This document shows, piece by piece, positions 57,303 through 64,000 of a stretch of DNA of 64,000 nt; the stretch's first letter is position 1, and each line of letters starts with the position of its first letter. The stretch is from contig JAGSHN010000004.1 in the NCBI GenBank assembly GCA_029855935.1, forward strand, positions 64,001 through 128,000. The letters are read 5' to 3'. The notes below the pieces were generated by a model. It was not told the DNA's origin. It did no database searches and worked only from the letters and a program-made list of their open reading frames with translations. The stretch is from Candidatus Thorarchaeota archaeon. GTDB lineage: Archaea; Asgardarchaeota; Thorarchaeia; Thorarchaeales; Thorarchaeaceae. The position numbers and the translations under genes were made by a program.

Positions 57303-58381
57303 TGATGTTGAACCACAAAGATCTCTCTTGTCAGTGCAGCATGGACACGGACCTCCACCTGAACCTCAATGGATAGAGCATGTCTGCGAATCATCTCTTC
57401 CGCCCGCATCCTGCTATCAGTACAGAGGCACATTCGCCCCCCAGCACGTAGGAGCGATGACAGTTGGCTCAACAGGGAGTCCACTAGCAGTCGTGCGTGC
57501 TCGCCCCTTGTCGAGCTTACTCGGCCATAGGGAGGGTCGGTGACTATCGAGTCACATTGAGCCAAGGGAATCTGTCGCGCGTCCCCCTGAATCAGAGAGA
57601 AGTCCACTCCACCCGTGTCTGACAAGTTGGCACGTGCACCTTGAAGCAGTTTCCAATTGATTTCAAGACCGATCACGCGTGCCCCAAGGTCAGCCGCCTC
57701 ACAGAGGATTCCTCCAGCCCCACAGAATGGGTCAAGAACCACATTGCCAGGGAGAAGACGCGCAAGATTGCACATTGCACGAGCAAGTGGGGCATTCATG
57801 ATTGATGGGTGAAAAAAGGGGCGCTTGCGCGACTTTCGCAGCATTACTTCTCTACGGGTCACGGAGCGCTGGAGGTCCCCCAAGAGGAGTGTGCCATTGC
57901 AGTCGATTGCCAACAGGGGCAGGTCGGGACTGTCTAGATTAACTCGTAGGCCAGTATTGCGCTTCACAACGGCTCCAACCTCTACGGCCAGCTCGCGACC
58001 AGAGGACCGTGGTTGACTGACGATGAAGCCTCTCAGTGCAAACGACCTTGCATTACCCAGAAACTCTGACAACGTGACAAGTCGAAGGTCCTCCGGTCTG
58101 TCGGCCTCTTCAAAGATTCTACCAGTGACCTGAAGAAATGCAGCTCGATGCAGAAGCGGTACTGTGACATCAATCTTGCTGTTAATCAGACACAGTCGCC
58201 CGCACCAGCTTGTATCGGCGGAAGGGTCGTAAGTATGTACGATTGACTCAACTTCGGCTCTTGCAAGGTCAGGTAGTTCCCCACTCACAATGGCGTACTG
58301 TCTTCTCAATGCAATCAGCTCATCGGACGAGATTGTCGCCAGCAAGAAAGATACGCTGCATAGCACCGTAGAGATGGCCAA
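57299..58381 (-). CDS. THUMP-domain tRNA (guanine-10-N2) methyltransferase, Trm11/TrmG10-like
   Basis: SGE.P.L..AE, V.L..PD, RPFFHP, LAR.M.NL, LDPFCG.GG, TDPPYG; true start probably ~58310. Confidence 0.88.
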   Translation of the reverse strand: MAISTVLCSVSFLLATISSDELIALRRQYAIVSGELPDLARAEVESIVHTYDPSADTSWCGRLCLINSKIDVTVPLLHRAAFLQVTGRIFEEADRPEDLRLVTLSEFLGNARSFALRGFIVSQPRSSGRELAVEVGAVVKRNTGLRVNLDSPDLPLLAIDCNGTLLLGDLQRSVTRREVMLRKSRKRPFFHPSIMNAPLARAMCNLARLLPGNVVLDPFCGAGGILCEAADLGARVIGLEINWKLLQGARANLSDTGGVDFSLIQGDARQIPLAQCDSIVTDPPYGRVSSTRGEHARLLVDSLLSQLSSLLRAGGRMCLCTDSRMRAEEMIRRHALSIEVQVEVRVHAALTREIFVVQHH

Positions 58382-59084
58382 TGCCAGTCATCTGCTTTGC
58401 AGATACTGGAAGAAGGACGGGGCCGCCTCCTAGGTCCTGTAGCATCCTCAGAATTGCTGTGGCATACTCCCTGTTAAGCCCTCTCGAAGACTCCAGCAAT
58501 GCCTCCTCCAGGACATACGGATCCTCAGACCAAGACACTATCTCTTCGACTTTGTCATCTGACAGGATGTCAGACTTGCTTAACAGGTTGAGCTGGGGCA
58601 ACCCAAAACGGAGATTGATAGACAGGCCCAGCAGCATCGATGATAGATATCCCTCGGGAGTGCGGGCAATATTGGCATCAAGAAGATGCAGTGTGAGAGA
58701 TGGCTCACGCTCGGCAATGGACGACACCATCAGAGGGCCAGAGTTGCGATAGGCGAACAGCTCCATCTGGCCCGGACAGTCAACAATCGCGTAGTCCACA
58801 CCCGTTTCAAAGACCTCATCACGTAGGTCCTGCACATGGTTCACAGCCATATCCAATGCGGCCACCAGACCACCATTAGGACCAAGACCGAAAGTGCGGA
58901 CTATCTCGTCATAGTCAACATACTCGCGTATATCCACATCACTGGTATAGGGGGGGCTGTCCACCCCGGGATCCAAGTTCACAATTGCAACGCTCAGCTC
59001 CATTCCGAGGAGCCACTTTTCCAGGGACGCGGTAAGTAGCGACTTTCCCGAACCAGCTGTACCAACCACAAATGTGAAGAACAT
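58320..59084 (-). CDS. GPN-loop GTPase
   Basis: GTAGSGKS, NLDPG, LGPNG, D.PGQMELF, LSKSD. Confidence 0.94.
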   Translation of the reverse strand: MFFTFVVGTAGSGKSLLTASLEKWLLGMELSVAIVNLDPGVDSPPYTSDVDIREYVDYDEIVRTFGLGPNGGLVAALDMAVNHVQDLRDEVFETGVDYAIVDCPGQMELFAYRNSGPLMVSSIAEREPSLTLHLLDANIARTPEGYLSSMLLGLSINLRFGLPQLNLLSKSDILSDDKVEEIVSWSEDPYVLEEALLESSRGLNREYATAILRMLQDLGGGPVLLPVSAKQMTGIGHLYGAMQRIFLAGDNLVR

Positions 59085-59192
59085 GGCACTCTGATGGTTT
59101 CAGACCAACAATTCGCTCTTAGATGCTTCGGACCAGACGGCGCTGGCAGTTGGAGAGAAAGGCATAACAGACAGTCGGACTGTGTGACTGCT

Positions 59193-59942
59193 ATGGTGAG
59201 AGGCGAAACGCTCAGGCGCCTTGCCGAGATAATGGCAGGAGACATCTGCTTGGCAGACGAGGATCCAGGAACCGTGATGAAACGATGGCGAGAGCGTTTT
59301 CATGTATCTCAGAAGGACCTTGCAAGGCAACTTGGTGTTTCCCCCTCCGTGATTAGTGACTATGAGAGCGGGCGAAGAAAGTCCCCACGTGTCGAAACCA
59401 TAAAGAGATTTGTCGAGGGTCTCCTTGAGATAGATGCCGCAAACGGTGGGCGTGTCGCAGCGGCAATGGAGAAGCTAGTGACGCCGGCAATCGCATCCGA
59501 CGCGATCCTAGATAGCCGAGAGTTCCGGGTGCCCGTGTTGGCACGGCTCTTTGTCGATTGGCTCAGATGCCGGGTGTTGACACATGCCCCCCTGCTAGAA
59601 AGAGAGATTTATGGCTATACGGCCCTCGACAGCATTAAGGCAATAGTTTCACTTAGCCCTAAGCAACTCCTGAGATTGTATGGAGGCACAACACGTAGAG
59701 CGGCCGTACTCACGAACGTGTCAACGGGCCGGTCTCCGATGGTGGCCATAAAGGCGAGCCAGATAGGAACATCGACAGCTGTGAAACCCGCAGTGGTCAT
59801 ACTACAGGGGGTGAAAGAGCTCGATCCACTGGCTGTCAAGATCGCAGATGGAATTCACGTTCCGCTCTGCGTTTCGGACATTCCAACACAAGAGGAGCTG
59901 GTTCGGCGATTGCGAGGATTTGACCCTATTGAGCGGAGGTAG
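59193..59942 (+). CDS. Archaeal HTH transcriptional regulator (COG1709-like)
   Basis: AGDI.L...PG..MKRWRE.F, SPSVISDYESGRRKSP, GYT..DS..AI, V.TGRSPMVAI. Confidence 0.88.
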   Translation: MVRGETLRRLAEIMAGDICLADEDPGTVMKRWRERFHVSQKDLARQLGVSPSVISDYESGRRKSPRVETIKRFVEGLLEIDAANGGRVAAAMEKLVTPAIASDAILDSREFRVPVLARLFVDWLRCRVLTHAPLLEREIYGYTALDSIKAIVSLSPKQLLRLYGGTTRRAAVLTNVSTGRSPMVAIKASQIGTSTAVKPAVVILQGVKELDPLAVKIADGIHVPLCVSDIPTQEELVRRLRGFDPIERR

Positions 59943-59947
59943 AAGAA

Positions 59948-61246
59948 TTGTTGGAACAGGCGATTGAAATAAACGACCCTATTCTTGGATTCATAGGAGT
60001 TACCGAGCTCGAAAAGAGAGTTATCGACTCGGAGCCATATCAACGGCTTCGTAGAATCAAGCAACTCTCTGGGGGGCATTTTGTATATCCTACTGCCGAA
60101 CATACGAGATTTGGCCACTGCCTCGGAGCTATGCATCTTGCATCTCGCCTGGGCGAGAAACTGTTGCCACACCTAGGTCTTGGAGATGACGATCTGCAGG
60201 AAGTTCGCGTGGCAAGCCTCCTCCACGACATTGGTCACGGGCCGTTCAGCCACGTCTTTGAGGAAGTTCTACTAGAGCATAGAGGAATGAATCATGAGGA
60301 TATGACCGAGTGGATAATCGAGGAGAGTGTAGTCGGGGATTTATTGAGTGATTTTGGGATAGTGCCCTCTCGAGTTGCTGATTTGGTTCGAGGAAGAAGG
60401 AAGAAGAAAGTGGATGCAGTCTTGGCGGGCATTGTAGCTGGGCAAATCGATGCGGACAAGATGGACTATCTCGTTCGAGATTCCTTCTACTGCGGGGTTA
60501 ATTACGGGCTCATTGACCAAGACAGGCTCTTGGACAATGTTGAGATAGGAGAGGACTATGCTATGGAGTTCTCCCTTGCCACTAGGGGCACCCTAGAGGC
60601 ATTTCTCGTGGCACGCTATGAGATGTTCATGAATGTCTACTACCACAAGACTGTGCGGAGTGTTGAGGTGATGCTCGTCAAGCTGATGACGGCGGCAAAC
60701 GATGTCTTGCAGTTGGTCGACTTTGGGAGCCCTGAGGAGTTTCTGAAACTGGACGACATCTCTGTAGTGTCGAGAATCAGAAAAGTCGATCCATCTGAGT
60801 CCGCCGAGGCGGCGGAAGCCTTGGAGATGGTCAGGCGGTTAGACTCACGCGTCCTCTACAAGCCAGCATTTGAGAAGATCCTTTACACTGGGGACAAGTT
60901 TGTTTCCAAACTGCTCACGAAACGAAAAGTGAGAGAAACCATCGAGGAAGAGATAGCGGAAGAGGCGCATGTCCCACGGGAGGAGGTGATAGTTGATGTT
61001 CCAACACTGCCGTCCGTTCCGCACAACCCCCACCAAGAGGACCCAATGGAGATCTATATTTTCGAGATTGTGGAGGGTGAGAAGAAGCGGAGAAATCTCT
61101 CAGAGTTGTCCAACATAGCAGAGATGATGAAGGGATACCTTGATGTGATACGTGTCTATACACATGCCAAATATAGAAGAAGGGTTGAGCGGGCTGCACG
61201 GGCGGTCTTCAAGGGAGTGCCCGCGAGCGCAGAGATTCATATGTGA
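59948..61246 (+). CDS. HD-domain dNTP triphosphohydrolase-like protein (COG1078, SAMHD1-like)
   Basis: QRLRRIKQL, VYP.A.HTRF.H.LG, LLHDIGHGPFSH, DADKMDYL.RD, VYYHKT. Confidence 0.92.
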   Translation: MLEQAIEINDPILGFIGVTELEKRVIDSEPYQRLRRIKQLSGGHFVYPTAEHTRFGHCLGAMHLASRLGEKLLPHLGLGDDDLQEVRVASLLHDIGHGPFSHVFEEVLLEHRGMNHEDMTEWIIEESVVGDLLSDFGIVPSRVADLVRGRRKKKVDAVLAGIVAGQIDADKMDYLVRDSFYCGVNYGLIDQDRLLDNVEIGEDYAMEFSLATRGTLEAFLVARYEMFMNVYYHKTVRSVEVMLVKLMTAANDVLQLVDFGSPEEFLKLDDISVVSRIRKVDPSESAEAAEALEMVRRLDSRVLYKPAFEKILYTGDKFVSKLLTKRKVRETIEEEIAEEAHVPREEVIVDVPTLPSVPHNPHQEDPMEIYIFEIVEGEKKRRNLSELSNIAEMMKGYLDVIRVYTHAKYRRRVERAARAVFKGVPASAEIHM

Positions 61247-61263
61247 TGAGGCGAGCGAGTTTT

Positions 61264-61848
61264 TCAGTCCACGGATGCCTGGGGAAGAATACTGGCACGT
61301 ATCGCATTCTGGAACAGCATCTGAAAGGCCTCCAGAATGTTGGTGCCGTTACGGGCTACGCTCGGGAAAATTGGAACAGCAAGAGGAATCTTCACCGAGG
61401 AACGGAACTCTTGCTCACCAATCGGATTCGGCATATCATACTTGTTCAGTAGTATGACCACTGGGACTATCCTCTCGGCTGAGTCTATCATATCTACAAG
61501 CTCATTCCAGCTAGCGATGTTGTCATCCAGAAGATGCCTCTGTGAGTCGGCCACAAATACCACCCCATCGGTTCCGGTCATAACAACATCGCGAGTCGCA
61601 CGATAGAAGTCTTGACCTGTTGCAGTCCATACATGGGCACTGATACTCCACCCAGAAGATATGGGGATGGAGAGTGTGCCGTAGTCGCAGAACATCGTTC
61701 TGCCAAGAGTGTTCTCGATGGAGCTGAGTCTGTCTGGACAACCCAGCGCCTTGAACAGCCAGCGTACCGATGTCGTCTTTCCACTCATTGCTGGACCAAA
61801 GAAGACAATCTTCAGGCCAATGTTCCGATTTCCATAGTCAACAATCAT
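61264..61848 (-). CDS. Small GTPase, MglA-like
   Basis: LKIVFFGPAMSGKTT (G1), RTMFCDY (G2 with intrinsic Arg), TATGQ (G3), DGVVFVADS, NKYD (G4), SVA (G5). Confidence 0.9.
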   Translation of the reverse strand: MIVDYGNRNIGLKIVFFGPAMSGKTTSVRWLFKALGCPDRLSSIENTLGRTMFCDYGTLSIPISSGWSISAHVWTATGQDFYRATRDVVMTGTDGVVFVADSQRHLLDDNIASWNELVDMIDSAERIVPVVILLNKYDMPNPIGEQEFRSSVKIPLAVPIFPSVARNGTNILEAFQMLFQNAIRASILPQASVD

Positions 61849-61862
61849 GTCATCTTATCCTC

Positions 61863-62783
61863 CTAAGCGCCCCACATACTATCCACCCACGACCCCAACC
61901 CCAGGAGAGTATCGTCTGTGACGCAATCAGAGAAATCCTCGTGCCACTCAGCACCAATGAAGCGGACAAAACTGGAGAGACCACCAATGTTCCATCCAGC
62001 CGCCTCAAACAGGTTTCTCTCAGTCAACCGTACATTAATGCCAAACTCGCGAACAAGACGAACTCTCGTCAGAATCGTCACAGCACGACGAGCAGCGTGA
62101 ACAAAGGCGGAAATCTCCTCGACAAACATGTCACGTGTCACCATCTCAGCCTCTTCTTCCAGATCAAGGAAAGAGTCGATGAAATTGCCAGCGAGAGATT
62201 GACCACGCAGGGACTTTCTCAGGAGACGGCGAATACGCTCCAAAGCCTGTTTCTTGCGCCCCAGAATCTTGGAGAGGATGTGCGATTCTATCGTGGGTTT
62301 GGCAGGAAGGGGACGAGCCATCTTGAATTCCGCGTCGGAGGGGCCATACACCCGTAGAATGCCACAGTTGGGGGAAGAAGCCAAGATGACAGTGAGTAGA
62401 CGGTCGACCATCAGTTCGTCTATTGTTAGACCTAGCGATTTCTCGCCCAGTGAAACTCCTATTATCCAAGCCGTGAAGGAAGTTATTCTATCGATTACGA
62501 GGCGCAATGAGTTGGAGAGAGAGCAAACTATGACTCTAGAGGCCTCGAAGTCGTGACGCTCTTCTTCCAACAGGGAAAGCAGCTCATCTTCTGTCGTGAA
62601 GTCCCGCCAGAAAACGACTCGGTGTCTATGCGGGGCAATCTCAGCTAGACTCTTTACAAAATCGTCAACGACCTCCGAGTCACTGCCAACAACGAGTATG
62701 GGGTACCTGTGAAGAACAGCATGTAGCATCAATGGAAACTGTCTATCGAAGAGGGTCATCAGTTTCAGTATTGAGTACGACAT
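61863..62783 (-). CDS. Uncharacterised protein, possible core-DENN-like fold
   Basis: Translationally coupled ORF between the roadblock and GTPase genes; AVLHRYPILVVGSD...FVKSLAEIAP...FTAWIIGV recalls the cDENN pattern (fold is inference). Confidence 0.6.
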   Translation of the reverse strand: MSYSILKLMTLFDRQFPLMLHAVLHRYPILVVGSDSEVVDDFVKSLAEIAPHRHRVVFWRDFTTEDELLSLLEEERHDFEASRVIVCSLSNSLRLVIDRITSFTAWIIGVSLGEKSLGLTIDELMVDRLLTVILASSPNCGILRVYGPSDAEFKMARPLPAKPTIESHILSKILGRKKQALERIRRLLRKSLRGQSLAGNFIDSFLDLEEEAEMVTRDMFVEEISAFVHAARRAVTILTRVRLVREFGINVRLTERNLFEAAGWNIGGLSSFVRFIGAEWHEDFSDCVTDDTLLGLGSWVDSMWGA

Positions 62784-63727
62784 CAGTCATTACCTCCCAG
62801 TACTAATCGTGGCTCGGCTATTCCTGACATCAGGAGCTCGCGCAAGTCCTCCGGTATGCTCGTGGATGCCCTAGACAGCGATTCCAGAACTTGAGAGGCC
62901 TCGGCAAGATAGTGGCGCAATAGAAGACGAATGAGACCAAGCTTCTGGTTTGTGTGACCGACCCAGAGACTAAAGACTCCGTTGGGAACGGAGTAGAGAA
63001 AGTGGCGGCCACGTTCAGCCTCACAGAGAACTCGTTGAAGAGAGGCGTTCCTGAGGGTTCGCACAACACGTTCAGATGCCCCGTGCAGGGCAAATGACAT
63101 GGCAGCGAATCTGTCGTCTGTGAATCCCGTCAGAGATATTCGGATTCCACCATTGAGAGCAAAGAAGGCAGAGTGAGTCCCAGGAATTGTGTCACTGATC
63201 TGTTGGAGAATATTACGAAGGCCGAGAGCATGTGCGCGATCTAGAGAAAGGATGGGGTACGAGGTCGGGTTGTGAGCAACAATACCATCTGTCACGGAGA
63301 ACCCGCTGAGCACCTCACGCGTATCGTCTGGTGAATAGGATCTCAATGGGGGCCGCCTGCCCTCAAGGTGCTCTTGGAGAAGAAACGTGATCCGTGACAG
63401 GTTCTGCTTCATTTCCATGAAGAGCGCGGCCAGATTGACACGTGGAGCGGTTGTCACTGTGAGGAAGAAGTGCGGATTCTTGGGAAGCGACGCTAGAAAG
63501 ATCTTTGAGGTGTCGGTTTCCATCAGTAGATACTTGAATGCCCCATGTACGAGTCTTGCCACTCCAAAGATTGCACAAGTGGCTGACGCGACTGAGAAGA
63601 CTTCATCTCTGCTGAACCAGACTCCGGCACTGGCGACAGGTAGCCCATCTTGCTGGATGAGTACTACGTTCTCAACGCCGACTATCTCGCGAATGTCCTG
63701 TAGTGCTTCGTTGAGCTCGCTCGTCAA
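62783..63727 (-). CDS. Tandem (double) Roadblock/LC7 (MglB-like) domain protein
   Basis: Domain 1 L.DI....GV..VVL...DGLPVAS...NLAALF.EM; domain 2 L.QI....PG...A...FAAMS.AL....ER...KLGLIR..L; probable TTG start at 63727. Confidence 0.85.
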   Translation of the reverse strand: MTSELNEALQDIREIVGVENVVLIQQDGLPVASAGVWFSRDEVFSVASATCAIFGVARLVHGAFKYLLMETDTSKIFLASLPKNPHFFLTVTTAPRVNLAALFMEMKQNLSRITFLLQEHLEGRRPPLRSYSPDDTREVLSGFSVTDGIVAHNPTSYPILSLDRAHALGLRNILQQISDTIPGTHSAFFALNGGIRISLTGFTDDRFAAMSFALHGASERVVRTLRNASLQRVLCEAERGRHFLYSVPNGVFSLWVGHTNQKLGLIRLLLRHYLAEASQVLESLSRASTSIPEDLRELLMSGIAEPRLVLGGND

Positions 63728-63881
63728 TCTATGGGCCTCACATAACAATGGTCTGCAGTAGGGTTTGGTAGAACAGTATATAATCACCACACAGCACAGT
63801 CCATATAGTCACACACAATGACAATGCCAGATTGAACCATAGCGAATTGGAAGACAGTACTGTATGAGAGATGGTGGTCAA

Positions 63882-64000
63882 TTGGTTAGTGATCTCACAA
63901 TTGTAAAACTTGGAGGGTCCGTAATCACATACAAGGATAAAGTGCCCCCCAAGACAGACATTGATGCACTAGACCGAATAGCGCAGGAGTTGAGGGCGTG
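63882..64000 (+). CDS. Amino-acid-kinase family enzyme, probably isopentenyl phosphate kinase (5' part; runs off the window edge)
   Basis: Manual translation MVSDLTIVKLGGSVITYKDK...LDRIAQEL matches the IPK N-terminus KLGGSVITxK. Confidence 0.8.
   Translation, partial: MVSDLTIVKLGGSVITYKDKVPPKTDIDALDRIAQELRA

Noticed and set aside
316-63761. Numerous antisense or alternate-frame ORFs in the six-frame track (e.g. 316-945, 1349-2077, 13204-13920, 47931-48626)
   Set aside because: Shadow ORFs overlapping well-supported conserved genes
1-64000. CRISPR arrays, IS elements, integrases, inteins, or att sites at the six tRNAs
   Set aside because: No regularly spaced repeats, transposase/integrase motifs or duplicated tRNA 3' ends seen by eye; MCM, DP1 and LonB have no intein-sized inserts

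Overview
Densely coding archaeal core-genome segment, most consistent with an Asgard archaeon (probably Thorarchaeota-like). This assignment is inferred from eS30/eS6/eS24/eS31/eL15/eS1 genes, PolD DP1, an unlinked 5S rRNA, intron-bearing tRNAs and a roadblock/small-GTPase operon. It holds mostly translation, RNA-modification, transcription and replication genes (uL3/uL4, Nop5/fibrillarin, Elp3, archease, aIF2-gamma, RpoE', Spt4, pelota, Rpp30/Pop5, DnaG, DP1, MCM, Hel308, RNase HII), plus pyrD/pyrK, a NifX/COG1149/DUF134 cluster, six tRNAs (three with introns) and a 5S rRNA. I saw no CRISPR array, transposase or provirus. Best candidate for an undescribed system: a minus-strand three-gene operon at 61.3-63.7 kb encoding a tandem-roadblock protein, an uncharacterised protein with a core-DENN-like sequence pattern, and an MglA-type small GTPase, i.e. 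a possible prokaryotic GAP/GEF/GTPase module. Other leads: a ~340-nt structured intergenic RNA candidate, a D-loop intron in initiator tRNA, an ATT start codon for rpoE1, a structured eL15 leader, a 7TM-CAAX-protease fusion, and a LonB ATPase with no protease domain. All family calls are by motif recognition without database searches.
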